This document shows, one piece after another, positions 27,201 to 41,900 of a stretch of DNA of 64,000 nt. Below the pieces are notes generated by a model. That model did not search any database. It saw nothing but the letters and a program-made list of their open reading frames with translations, and was not told where the DNA came from. The DNA lies in contig OZ116711.1 in NCBI GenBank assembly GCA_964199315.1, positions 5,766,001 through 5,830,000 on the forward strand, in the 5' to 3' direction. The DNA comes from Orbicella franksi (taxonomy: Eukaryota). Position 1 is the stretch's first letter. The number at the start of each line of letters is the position of its first letter. A program made the translations under genes and the position numbers.

Positions 27201-30200
27201 CATATACGTCGTCAGCAAATGCCTTGTTGAGCTTTTTGCCAAGGATTTGAAGATGGCGGCAAGAGTGAGCCTCTGGAGAAACATAAAAGGATAAATTGCT
27301 GCTGCAGGTGAAATTGGTTCTCTCATATTTAATTGTTTAATCATAGTTACAGAAGGAAATGGTTATGAAACCCGTCAAAGGTCTTTGTTATATGGAAATA
27401 TCGAAAAGTAACTGAGAATTTGCTTCCGAAAACTTTTATCCGCCTCACTTTAATAAATTTCTAATGCTAACTTCAAGGAAACCGTAAAGGAGGCAACATT
27501 TTTTAAAAGCTTTTGCTCGTTATACTTGCCTTGGATGTGCTAAGCCTCGTAGTGTGCCAGTAGAAGGCCCTTTGTTGTTTTCAGTTGGTAACGGTTGTGA
27601 CTGTTATCTTATCTGCATGCTTTAATCCTTTTAAAAATACAGTAGACCTTTTCACTACCTATGCTGTCATTTTGCTACAAGGGCAAACAAGGTACAAAGA
27701 TAATTTTCCCGAGGACTTTCGCAGGTTCTGGAATTTAAGAAGAAATGCATAGAAAACGGAAAAATACGACTGCACACTTTCTAAGAAGATAGCAACCTGC
27801 CTGACCGATCCTGGGATGTGGGATCTTAGGTCAGTTCTCGCCATAAAGGTTGCGTAATCTATTTGAGACTTAAGACCCCGTTTTTGCTCCCTGACATAAA
27901 CGTAAACTGCTTTTCTGCCATATATATATAAGCCACGACAAAACAACAACAACAACAACAACAAAACATTCACTGATGATATATTTTATCTAGTTTGTTC
28001 CCACATGAGGTCACTTGATTTTTCCGGCTCAGAGACGAATAAGAAAAATATAAAGAAAATTATCAAACGATGTTTTGTCGACACGCTCATCAGGGCAATT
28101 CGTTTCACTGTCATTACAATTTTGTTGCAAGGAAGTAAGAGCCTAAATGTACTTTTAATTTAATTTATTAAGGAAACGAAAACATGATCGCTTTCGGATC
28201 TCGAGTTTAAAATATTTGCATTTCAAAGGAGAATATAGATATCGCCCAGTCATTAAGAAGAAAATTGACAAATAGACCCAATTTCGTCTTCCGCACCTCG
28301 CTGTTACATATACAGTTTTTTTTCTCTATGTAATAAAGCAAGTCTTATGACTATCGTATCTTGTCGTGAAAAGTGTTCTTTTGCACAGGAAAAAGTGGAT
28401 TCTCCGAAGAGATTGTGGAAATCTCAGTGCCGGAAAATTGGATTAAAGCCCATCTGTCAGATGTTAGCCTAAATCGAGTTTTATTGTCAAACGTTTCTGG
28501 AAGAGAATTGAATCATCACACCAATATGAGAGCACAATAGACCCGGTGGGAGGAGAGCGTAATGTGTTGCAGTAAATCAATGTCACCAGAGCGAATCACT
28601 GTGTGTTTTGTTCTTACGCTTCCGAGATTTTTTTCTAATATCTCAGTGAACGTTTTGTCTTGTCAACAAACGCAGGTACACTTATGATTTCTCTAGTTCT
28701 TCCAAGGCGATGTTGTCCGTTTATCGCAAAAAACAGGGAAAAGATTGACAAGCTGAGCGTTTCAACGTTTCAAAGGAATGACAGTGTACCTACTCGTTAA
28801 GAAAACTTGAATTTCCCGAGTTACTGAGAAAATTAGGTGAATATTGGTTACAAGTTTTCAAGATTTTTCGATAGGACTCCAAAACAAAGTAGATTTTATA
28901 TATACTGATAAGTGACAACTTCAAATATTGCCGCAAATCGGAAGAGAACCATCTTAAAGTTTTGCTCATGGCAAAAAGGTTCAGGGTCAATAATGAAACT
29001 CTAACAGTACATAAGCCCTTCAACTTTTTGGTCTGTCACTTATTGTATTATTCATAATCGTAACAGTCTATTTTCAGTTGATAACTATGATATGTATTTA
29101 GAGGAAGATTTTTAAGCCATTCTCTGCCTAGGAGCTGCGTAGAATGATGATATTAGTTATTCAAAGCTTGGCGTGGATATTGTGAAGATCTACACGGCTC
29201 GGGCTTGAAAAAAATCAAGAGGAGCACATAGTAATTGGCCAGGAATAAACATCGTCTGGTTAGCAGTGATCCGTCATAATTACATTTATTATTGGACACT
29301 CCTACAGAAAGGCAACAAACAAAGGCAGTAAATACCTTTTTTGCGGTTAGTCTATGTCTACATAATTATGTTTTTTTTCCTTTTTCTTCAGGTTTTCAGT
29401 TTTAGCACCTGCCTGTTTGGAGAACTACCGTCTGATCATAAATTATTCAGCTTTCTTTTGACACATCACTTAGATGCCGAGAAGGCACTCAAATCAATTA
29501 GAACGTGGCTTACAGAGTGCAACTTCTAAATCAGACTACAAAGAGGACGAGGGAAGCAGCTTATCTTTTAGACAAGAACAAGTTATTAACGGGTATCAGA
29601 AAGCTTTGGCTTGAAAACAACCAGGGGACCACGTTCAGCTGTATTCCACTGTGGTTTAAGATGTTCATGGTGTACTAATTACCAAGACACTTTCATTGCT
29701 GAGCTATTGCTTCAAAAAGCCAAAGTGTTTTGTAGCCAGGTTGTGAGACGTCTGAAATTCAATATCAACGTTTTCTCAAGCTCTTCAAAGCGTTTTCATG
29801 TCTCAAAGAGCGAGCTGAAATTCTTGGAACTGTCGGAACTAATTACGAAGACGCTTTTATTGATCAGATATTACTTGGAATAGTCAAAGTGCTTTGTAGC
29901 CACTGAGGTTCTAGGACATCTGAAATTTAATATCAGCGTTTTCACAAAAGTTTTCTGACAGTAAACAGCGAGGTGAAATTTTTGGCACTGTCGTTTCTGT
30001 CAGATTTCTGAGCGGAAGCCACCGAGAGCACGGTATGGAAACAAGCAACACAACGAAATGTTTTTTCTTAACAAGCGTCGAACTCTCACATACGGGAGGT
30101 GTCTTCGTCGCAGAAATCATTTGTTGCGCAATTAACTCTGTATTTACCTTAGTGGCAACTCTGTGCAACATTTTAGTCATCCTGGTTATTTGGAAGTCTC

Positions 30201-32928
30201 CACCTCTCCACTCGCCTTCAAACGTTCTCATCTGCTGCCTGGCGGGTTCAGATCTGGTGACTGGTCTCTTTGCCCAACCTATGCTGGTCACTTATAAGAT
30301 TGCCGAGTTCGAGGACAGTGCTCAAACCGCCTGCATTGGAAGGCTAATTCACTGGATAGCTGGATTTGTGAGCGCAGGAGTTTCTGTAATGACAATAGCA
30401 GCCATATCGTTGGATAAAGTTCTTGCGCTTTATCTACACCTTCGTTACAAAGAAGTAATCACTGTGTCGCGTGTTTTGAAAGTTGTCTTCGTCTTCTGGT
30501 TCTTTTGCTTAACTGCGGCCGTTTCTCTATTTGTGGCGAACTCGGATCGATACTGGACGCTTGTTCCTCTCCCTGTGCTCAGTGTAAGCTTAACAACGAC
30601 ATTTGTAGCGTATATCAAAGTGTTCGGAGTTCTTCGACGTCACCGCAATCAAATCCGCGCCCAAACCCGTTCGGCTTGGAGTGGAGTCAACATGCGAAAA
30701 TACAAAAAATCGGTCATTACTATGGTGTACGTTCTAGTGCTGTTTCTCGTTTGTTATACACCGTTTTTAACAGCGATGGCAGTTCGCGTTTTGGTTGGTT
30801 ACAGTCCTAGTGTTAAAGTTGCTTACGAATGGGGAGCAACAGTCGTGTATCTAAATTCAACATTGAATCCCTTACTCTACTGGTTCAGAATGCAGGAGAT
30901 TCGCTTGGCAGCGTACAACGCCATAAGAAAACTGCAAGGAAACGAGAGCAAGATTGCAAGCAAAGTTTACAAATTTAGCCTGAACAACGAGGGCTTTTAT
31001 AACGAAAGCATCCCGACCAAGAGAGGAATGGATTTCTCGCAAGGCACTCAAACTTAACTGCTGCAATCACGCCACCTGTCATTATCTTATCTGGCTCACA
31101 AGATGTCTCAGAGTAATGTTTATTGAGAAGATGATTAGTTCAGGATAAATTACTCAAACATCATTCGCAAATTAATCGTCTTGTTTTATGTGAAAAATAA
31201 AATAGGAATAACCCGTTATTTCTACATTACGCTAATAGAATTTTCACGAAAAACCTTTGGGCTCGAAAAAAACTGCTTCTTCAGAATGTTACCACAGTCG
31301 TAGCCAGAGTAAATCTTGCTCTATTACCGAAGCAATATCAGAAAAACGGTTCTTTTATATTCATTTACCTTTTTATAAATGCATAGCCTCTTACGAGAAC
31401 TTGAAATCAACAAATAAATTCCAAATTCAGTTTACCGAGACAACTGACCAGGTTCGCCTGTGCTAGCTACGGCCTTGGTTACAAAACAAGTAGAAAAAAA
31501 ATTTAACACACAAAAGTCTTTATTTTAAAAGACGAGAAAATTATCATGTTATGTGAGATTACAACTAAACATGTTATATGATATTACCACTAACGACAGT
31601 GAATAGCAGCTGCTGGTATACATTTATTTAACACACCAACGCAGAAGCCGAGCAATTTCAGTTCAGTATTGTAACTCCAACTCCGCAATGTAATTACTGA
31701 TCTACGTTGCCGGACAGACGTTTATATTGAGCGCGCGGCGATAAAAGAGTTTGCCTCAAGGAAAGAGGGAGTATCTGTTAATTAGTTGGTGAGGATTGTT
31801 TACAGTTCATAGAAATAATTATAATCAGGTTCCGATATCATTGACTTATATTCCCGCTGAGAGCGTTAAGCTAAGAGGTAAACGGAATTTTGAATCATGC
31901 GTAGCGAAGGACCATCCAACGAAAGAGCAGCGAAATGGCTACAGTTACAGAGCAATGTATTTACCCATTTTATTGGTACTCATATGATTTCTTCATCCTC
32001 GTTTTGGTGTTCTCAGCTCTTAGTTGCAAGTCTCTTGATAAATAATTAATTGTAAGGATTGATCGTGATTGACAGGCAAACTCTCAACGATATTACATGC
32101 GTGAGGCAAAAGTAAAGTCAATAAATATCTTGCCGAGAAAGGAAATTATCGCAAAACCCAAAGATAAGATGGTGTTATCAAATGCCCTAATTTCCGCACC
32201 AGTTATATAGTAGTGGCGTTTCATTTCCAGCCTGGAGATTCTGACTAAAAATTTTTAATATTAAAATTCTGTCAGGGCTCTTCGTTTGTTGGTTTGCCGA
32301 AATAAAATAAAAAGAAGGTCTTTCATGGAAATTCTGAAGTAGTAATTAATATAACACTAACTTAATTAATGTTTCTGTTTAGCGCCACGACTAGAAACTA
32401 CTAACGTGTTAATGGGACGCTTTCAATATAATACTTCTGATTATTACCATTAATGTTATAGCGACAGTGAAGTGCAACTAAAGTAACGGAAACTTGCCAG
32501 AGGTTGCAAAATCTAAAACCAATCAGTTTACGCAGGGTAATAATATTAATGCGCTAAACCGCCGGGATTAACTTAATAATTGAATGTTTGAGCCTTGAGG
32601 TGTTTTACCCAGATCGTAGTTTCCTTAGTTTGGGCGGCAACTCCTCCAAGTTTTGATGTTGGTGCTGCTTGGCGTTTTGAAACCAAGGTTATCTTATATT
32701 GGCCAAAATGTGATATTCCATCCCTATACCAAACTTGCCATCTACAGCGGTCGATGCTTTATTTCAGATTTGATCGTTTGAAGTGTGCTCTTTAATGCTG
32801 AACTCTGCTATTTCGAACTCAAATGTGGATATTATTTTTCAGTCATTCACTGTCAGCTATCTGGAATCCCCGTTGTCTCGCACTATGTTTAGTTTCCGTT
32901 AGAGGAGCTCAGTCACGTTATCATGAAT

Positions 32929-32996
<68 letters not shown>

Positions 32997-35900
32997 GGTA
33001 TCAGAACTCTCAGGCCAACAAAGGTGTCACAGCGTCAGGAGGATCAGTAAAGATTCCCAGTCCAAACCTCGCAGCATAAACGAAAGTAGAAAGTTAAAAA
33101 ATTGTGAGGACGGACAACTTCTGACGTAAAAAAGATTAAAAAATTTAAAAAAAAAGTTTCGGTCAGAGACCTTCTTCAGTTATTACAACTTTTGAATAAA
33201 AACGACCCCTAAATAAGATTAAGGTGCTAGTGATTACGTAATTACAAGTGACAATTAATAAAAGTACAAAATCACGTGAAAGAGCAAAAAGTGGTGTTAA
33301 TTAGCAAAAAACAAAAAACAAAATCAACAAAGCGCAAAAATATTGAATAAGTCAAAAACAAACTATTATGAAAATAATCGGTAGAGTCTGAGAGATAAAA
33401 GCTAAAAACTAAAAGGCCAAACTGGCTAAAACAAATAAAATAACCAAAGAGGCGACGCGGCAAGCATTGGAAAAAGTAAAACCCTCCCCTACATATAACT
33501 GAAAACATCAACTGTGACAAAATCCCAAAACGAGGCCTTTGGAGCCTGAAAGGGCAAATTAGCAACAAAATCCCTGGAGGGGCCCTTAAATAATTTTAAT
33601 CATAATAAGATCCCTTGACAAGGCCTTTGAGTCTAATCAACACAATAAACCATACAGTCGAACCTCGATTATCTGTACCTCTATTATCCGGATTTCTCGA
33701 TTATCCGGACTTTTTCTCTAGTCCCAATTTTGTTATGAATATTTATTACTCATGATCAGGATCCGTAGCAATATTCTTTTTTAAAACTATAGCATTAAAA
33801 AGTGCAGTCAAAAGCGAGTTTGTTTTGCTTTTAAGAGCAAAAGCAGCACTCGCACGCGTCGTAACTAATGAAGAACACTCGAATGAGTTCTGATTAGCTC
33901 AGAGTTGAGTGGTTCAAGATATACAGTAGACCATATTGTTTTCCAAACGATTTGTGAAAGTGTTGTTTCACGATTAAATGTTGCTTCATTTAAACAGTTT
34001 TGTTCTTCATTAATATTCATATTTTCGATTATCCGGACCCTCGATTATCCGGACTATTTCGTCTAGTCCCCAACGAGTCCGGATAATCGAGGGTCGACTG
34101 TATTAGGGAACAAGGATGGTTAAGGATGGAGAAGATTGACACGGATTACAAACGACGAACTTGAAAAATTTAGGCTAAACTTTTCAAGATGCGCAAACCG
34201 TGACGTTCAACTGCATGTTAAATTCTAAAGAACTATTTGCGGCGATCGTGCTTAAAATGAATAATGTTCTTTCTTTCTTGTGGAAGGTTTATGTCCGATA
34301 TTAAAATTGACCCTGTTAATCCCATTAAAAAGTCAGAGTTCATTACGTAAAAACCCCGATGTAACAGGAAATTATCAATGAAAATGCCTGAGGTAGTGAT
34401 GAAGCCCCAATGATTAAAAATTGTACTCGTTAATTAACTTGAGCCCGGGACATTCGGATTACAAGTCTACCGCTCTAACTACTATAAGCTAAGCCGCTTC
34501 CGTATCAGATATTCCTTTCCATCATACGGAGCCGATGAAGCAATCATATAAAAGAAAACAACCTCGCGAAATGACGTGTGTAGTGCGGCTGAGGTGAAGT
34601 CTTCCTCCTTGCACACTTCAGAGCTTTATTCAGCACGCGCAATTCAAAACATTCAACAAGAAATTTTCAAGACTTTACAAAGATATCAAACTTAATTAAG
34701 CTGGTACAAGAGAAGTTATTAAACAAGTTACATTAGGTTGAAGTCGAGAGGAAATTATTTGGCTTTCCGTCTCTCGCAGCTTGCTGTCCGTACGTAAGTC
34801 GTTACCTTTTAAGGAAAAGAAAACATGTGCCGTGTTTCTATCGATTTACGGAAACACGATTTTTAACCAATCAGCGCGCTTATTTTCTTAGGACTGTTTT
34901 CTAAAAGACAAATATTCCCCTTATGGCTCGCCCAGTCAGTAAATAAATCATTATATAACTTACGGGGACAAGGTTCTTCATTGCAAGGTTCTTCTAGAAG
35001 TCTTTCACCTTCGCAAACCTTTCCTCCATACAGTGGAGACGGACTGTCGCAAAATCGGTAACGAATTCGCGTTCCACCATTACAGGCCCGCGAGCAATTC
35101 GTCCAGCCGGACCAGGAACCCCAGTTGCCATCACGTGGAGTACCAACTAATAGAAAAACCATGATTAAGCAGCTTGAAATCAGAGAAAATTTTACTACCC
35201 TATTAATTAATGATCTTCTATTACCCCTGTTCGGTGATACAGTTGTAACTAATTCTTTTAGAAAGTTTAAGTGGATGGAGCCCTCTTTGTATGAACATCA
35301 AATAAACAAAAACTTTGATCAGTACTTTCATACGGTATAGCAAAATAATCGTATTTTAGCGAACGCGCTAGGAAAGCTCCGGAGCGAGCGAGTGAAAACG
35401 ACGAGGGTGACTGATGTGAGACGTTTTTCGAGGATTAATGCTTTCATCCTTCTCGCCCAACGAAAAACGAAAACGACTGTTTTGCATGTAGTATTGTCGG
35501 GGAGGATAGAATTGTTTATTGTCATCCATTGTTTGCTTGTTGACATGAACATCCTAGAGCTTTATTCAAAACGTTACAAAAATGATCAAATGAATGCAAA
35601 CCTTTGTCACAAGCCGATGCGGGATCAAAGCCATCCTCACAGGTGCATTGGCCACTGTTGGTACAAACCTAAAGGACAAGGGAGGAATGAAGCAATTTTT
35701 TTTAAAGGTACGGATTAACATTTTGCGTTGTCATGACCGAATAGCAGGAACCAAAGGGTGCTGTAAAGAGCAAGCAAAATCCAGCGTTTGACGCGTTAGC
35801 CTAAGCATTGTAACATCTTATAACATGATATGAGGTTCGGAAAAAAAACGACGACAACTGAGGCAACGAAAACTTGGCTACTTCGCTAAACAAGAGAATC

Positions 35901-38900
35901 TACGAGCACTCCAGTTGCTCTGTACTTTTGTTATCTATATACATTTCTTAGCCGTCCTCTGAGAACATGGACCAAGTTCTGCATGTTTTTGACAACATAT
36001 TCAGGGCGCTGAATCGTCCCTAGCCGTCTTCATACAACTTCATACAGCGCACGGCACGGGACGAGGTGGGAGCGCATGCAGGGTGAGATTACCCCTTGCT
36101 CACCTTGCACCGTGCCGCGTGTTGTATGAAGACGACTGGGGACGAGTCAGCCATGGCGGCTAATTTTTTGGAATTGTTTATTTAACTGGGGCCAGTTCTT
36201 AAGAGATTCTTATGTAAAATATAAATTTTGTTGTCAGCGTCATGAATGCTAAAACTCACTCCGCGTCCTGCACATTCTTTTCCTTTAACGACTCTGCATT
36301 TCTTTCGTTGTATTGCTTGACAACTGTTCTCCTTACAAACCTACAAACCCGGTGATACAAGTATGTAATTAAAATAGAGGTCATACGGAAGAAACCTGCT
36401 CAAGATAGAACGACTTCTCATACGCATGATTTTTGCATCAGGATTTATGCATATGCATCACTATGGGACTGCGAGGGCAAACTGGCTGTTCCACTGCACC
36501 GCATCAACTTTCTAAGGAACAGTTTTTAGTTAACAGTATTGCCAAAACGCCGGACTTTCCATCAGATCTTTTAGCACCCAAAATAAGGCAAACTTACCAT
36601 GATTACACATGATAACAAGACCGTGAAAACATACTAAAGCTCAACGAAGATTGTTTTTTGTTTAGCTTCTGACTGAAGACAAAAGCAGTATGTTTGCTCG
36701 ATTGGTGAAATTCCTTGGCATGAGGTCTTTTAACTAGCCTTTGTCTCACGCGGCAAACAGAAAATCACTCTGCCGATCAATAATCGATTTATCCTGTTAA
36801 AACATTATTAAGATAGCGCTTGAGTTTCCAGAGCAATAGTACAGTGCACCAAGTTAATTTTAAAGTTTCTTTTTTCTTTGCGTACCTGATTGTCTCCACA
36901 TTTTGTTCCTTCTTTTACCATTCCTAACCCAAGAAAATCACTTTGATAATTGAGACGGGCGATGCTGTAAAGAAAAAATTATGTTAGTATTCACATGTTT
37001 ACTCTCTATTTGTCTACACTATGATACAAATTTTTCATTCTCTTTAAAGCTATCTAAGTCTTTACTCAATATTTGAACGTAGTAGCCTTTATCATGATTG
37101 GCTCACTGATAGAGAAACCGACGCTAAAATACTAGAAGACTACATACTGATGAACTTGACTAATTTACTGGTACTAAACTTTAGACTGGTACTAAACCCT
37201 TTTGAAAGAGATAAAGTACCTACTGACATTTTCTGTCTGGTGTATAAATAAGGAAAGATCAATTTTAACATAAGTCCCCTAAAAGAGGTTGCCCATAGAT
37301 TGTGTAAATGAAAATTTACAGTCAGGGAAACCGAAGATTTGGATCATATGCATTATTACTGAAAAACGTGTACACGAAAAGTGCGTTCCTTTGGGGAAAT
37401 CTGGATCAGCTGGTCAGTGAAACAAGGTCACTCGAAACATGGAGCATCAAAGGAACTGATGAATTCACTCTGCATGGTCACAGATTCAACCGCGCATTTG
37501 ATGCATTGTGATCCATGTGATCTTAAATCGTTGGCCTAGGTTATCCGAAAGGAACGCACCCGGAATCTTTGCCAGTGATCCCCTTATTGGCGCATTAATC
37601 ATAAAAGCTATAAAAGTGTAATTAATTTGAGATTCTTTACAGAAGCCTCCCAAAGTCCAACCCTACGTCCTCGTCGTGGGAGGCGGTAACGGGTAATACC
37701 GGCTAACAGGGCTCTGGCAACTGAAACTGGGCGTGCGGCTACATGCCCATTGCCGCATTTTCTATTGCTACAGAAACTGATGATCAGTGAAGAAACCAAT
37801 CCTTTGATTTCGGATGCGGTCTCCAGGCAAGATGGATCTGGAGGAATGACTGCACAGCACACAAAAAGAACACTTTTTCATGAACGGTTTAGACTGATTG
37901 AGCGAACCACATCTGCACTTTAAAATGTCCATACTATATTCTGGGCAGTGAAAACTCACTGAAAGTGCGACTTGGAGAGGATTGCAAGAGTAGGACAAGG
38001 TTTGCAAACAGTGGCCACCATCTTCAAACGAAGTCAGGCATCTCGGGTCTGTTAACGTTTTTCTCAGTACCTGACTAGTTTTTTTCTTTACATCAAGGCA
38101 GTCTACTGTCGCCTGGAAATTCATCTCTCGATATTAGAATCCCATCTCTCTCACGGGTGAAAAGAGGATGAAGTCCAAACAACGGCCATGATAGTCTAAT
38201 ATGGCCGCCATCTTGAAACAAAGTTTAAATATTCTGGTCTAATAATTTTATGTAGCAGCTTGGTACTTTTTGTGGGGATATCAAGATAAAAAATTATAAC
38301 GTAAAACTTCATCTCTCGATGGTAGAATCCCATCTCTTCAACGGTTGAAAAACAAAATGATGTCAAACATCGGAAGTGTTAGTCTGATATGGCCCCCATC
38401 TTGAGACGAAGTCCAACATTTCAGGTCTAATAGCGCTTTTCTTAGTATCTGGCTAGTTTTTTTTCTTTACATCAAGGCAGTCTACTGTCGCCTGGAAATT
38501 CATCTCTCGATATTATACTCCCATCTCTCTCACGGGTTGAAAAGAGGATGAAGTCAATCAAACAACAGCCATGTAAGTCTAATATGGCCGCTATCTTTAA
38601 TGGAAGTGCAACTTTTTTGGTCTAATAATTTCTTTTTTTTCTGTAGTAGCTTGGTAGTTTTTGTATGGATGTCAAGATATAAGACTTTCACGTAAAACAT
38701 CGTCTCTCGATGGTAGAATCCCATCTTTTCAACTGGTGAAAAAGAGAATGTTGGGAAACATGGGCCATGTTAGTCTAACTCTGGTCGCCAACATCAAGTC
38801 ACAACCAAGCTTTTGAACGCTGTAAGCGCTTAACGACCGTTACGCAGCTGGGCACACCATCATTATTTAAAGACGATAAGTAAAAAAAGCGCAAAAATCT

Positions 38901-41900
38901 GAATTACCTGCACTGAGCTCCAGAAGGATGAGGTATCTTCTTATATTCCACGCCGTAATCGATATCTGGCTTCTGTCGCACACTGTCTGCACACTGAATT
39001 TGTCCACACATAACATCTCTAAAATGATAGAATTTAAAATTTTCTTTATACTTGAAATTAAGGGAGACACGGTGAAACAATGACTAGAGTACTAGACTAC
39101 GAGTTTAGAGGTCTGGTGTAGAGTTCTGAACGCAGTCACTGGCATTATATTTGTGGGGAGGGCACCACCTAGGCGCAGAGCAAATACTTCTAGAAACTTT
39201 GTACTTTTGAGCATAAGAAATAATAAAAATTGTGAGCATAAATTCAGCCTGTTGAGCAATTGGGCACTCAAAGACCCGACAAGACTTCACTTTACAGATT
39301 AAACTTCGTGTAGCGAGAAACGTTTTAGTTGCAGCTGACTACGGCCAAAACAACAATAAATCACGCAATGCATGCAATTTGCCATGGCCAGCTTTAGATG
39401 AATGCAATCAGATTCCAAGTTCCAGGGCAAATTAGCTAGTGACTTCATTTCTATATAGAAATGACATGTTTAGACTGAACTAACAAGCGCATATTACAAA
39501 GGAAGGTGGGACCAAAACGAACACGGAGATTGGTTGTTAATTTTATTTTCGGCTTCAAGTGAAAAACGTCACCGTACGTTTGTTTCAACAAATTGCCAGT
39601 TTTAAATTGCTTCCCGAGTAATTACTCCACATATCTATGAATTTAATCTTCATTAATTCTTGGCTATATTGTTATTAATAACACAATTCATCGCTATGGA
39701 TCATCTAACCTTTTCGCACAGGGTTTTGGTTTTGCGGCATCGCATGTCCCGTATGGCGTTCCTTCTGAGTTGTATTTTTCCCAGCATGCTTTCCCGGCTG
39801 AACGGGCAGCTTCAGGTAGATGATAATACAGGTTAATTACAAAGCCTAGACTTAAGGCGTTGTCCTTTCTCACTAAAGGAAAGGAGGGTATTCCCAATCC
39901 TGTTCGGTTTGTTACTAAGTTACTTCTCTTTCTTAATAATCAATGGTATGGTTGTAAGGCACAAAGAATATAAATTAGTAGTGACATATTCTCTGCGTGC
40001 GATGTGCGATTTTTATCTCTGATATATGGCAACGGACCCTATAACCACAAACGAGAGAGGTAAACTCCTGTGAACAGTGTAGCTTTCCAGATAACGGTGT
40101 AAAACTTGTCCCTGTTGATCGACCCAGCCTGGATTACTGGTGTAGCAACTTCCCTCCGTAGCACGTTTTGATATGGTTTTCTTGGGTTAAACGTCACATA
40201 AACGTTTCTTTACTATTCATCAGTTGGGAGATACTTACTTCCTCCCCATAGATCAGAACACTGGGTGTCCGCTGTGTCGGCACACTTCCCAAGGTGGCAG
40301 TAGGACTGCAAATTAAAGATAAACTTTGATGAACGATCAATCAGCCAATCAGTGAGCGGGAGGACTAATGATGAGGGGAGGTACCCTGCGCGTCAAGCGT
40401 AACGCGGAAGGCTTGAAGGGGAGGCTATGAGCAAGGGAGAGTGAAACAAATGAACGAGGGAGCGAGTTGGGGAGTCATTAAATACGTTCAGTCAAAGTCG
40501 GAGATTAATCAATTAATAAATCGTTTGCCTTCAGAGTTAGTGTAACGTGGACGAAGGAAAACTATTGTCATACAGAACACAGCACAACACCGAAGCTCAC
40601 ACGCTTCGTACACACTCACTCTGTGGAGGCGCGACGATTCACTAGGGCAAAGGCCCCAGCTACATTAGTCAAAAACGATTGCTGTGCATCATGCATAAAG
40701 TAATTCTCTGTTAAATGGAGTCCAAGAATGCTTCTTTTAGTCTCGCCATATTAAATATCTTCGTTACACCCAAAATTATGCAAAACTAGAACGAATTCGT
40801 CAGCTTCTCGACAACAAACACTTGAACGATATCTGAATCTGACACGAGAGGGGAAAGTTAGAAGAACAAACTCTTACATTAGCCTCTAGTTTATCTCCAC
40901 TCTCACTGTAGGCCTTCCATTCTTTTCCATCTTGACTATACCAGAGGTAATACCCTTCAACTAAGTCCCATTCTTTCCCTTCAACCGCGACTCGTGTAAC
41001 CATTTGAAGCTGCGAAGAAGATACGAAAATTATATATATGATTTCACAATACAAGTGGTATTTTAAAAATTAAAATTAATTTAGTAATTAAATTTAATAA
41101 TACAAATTATTCAAATTTAATGATTAAAATTATTCTTCAAAGAAACTGCCTGATCTTGGAGAGGCAAAGTTAGTAACGTCATTTTATCACAATCTCGTTT
41201 TAATGTCAACTCCAGACAACTGTTTTTAGAGACAGAAAGTCCGTTGTGCTTCTCGGGTGAAGAAGAACATGTTAAAATTTTACACGCCAGTTGATATCTT
41301 TACAGTATTTTTTAATTATTTTTTTTTCGATACTTTTTCCGAATCTGTTTTTGGTGGCAAGTAGATAATTCATATTCAAGCGATGCTCAGATGCCTCATT
41401 TTAAGTCATATATTTAGCAACCTAAGGAAAACTTCTTCTTAACTAAACTGGAGGAATAAAACCTTCTTCGGCCTAGATACTACCAGCGTAAAGTAATATC
41501 AGGGCTTTAGAAGTGTTAGTAAACACAACACCACACCTTTCCAAGGTCGATCTGTAGATATTCGTCTTTATCGCTTTTATCATTTGGTTTACCACACCAG
41601 GCCTTGGGTCCATTGAGACGAGCATACTTAGGCAACCACTCATCACTGAGATTAGATGAAGCAGTCAGCTGATTGTCTCTGACGTCACCGCGCGATATAC
41701 CAAGAGAAAGAGCACAATCTGCGGAAATATATGAGGAGTATGCCTAAACCAAACAGGATAATAAACAGAAGCGCAAGAGATTTTCGTTCATTTCATGTTG
41801 TCACTCGTAAATTTTTGAAAGGGCTTTTGAAAACCTTCCCTACAATTTGGGATCTTGCCCAGGAAGACATTACATGTGCAAAGCTTGCATAATGGAATAT

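Noticed and set aside
37608-38124. ORFs of 84 and 118 aa containing a KCGNGH motif
   Set aside because: They do not fit the phase chain; the true GTKCG exon is 36964-36886; no family motif.
38060-38790. Regularly spaced repeats as a possible CRISPR-like array
   Set aside because: The intervening sequences are homologous rather than unique spacers, there are no cas genes, and the context is a eukaryotic intron.
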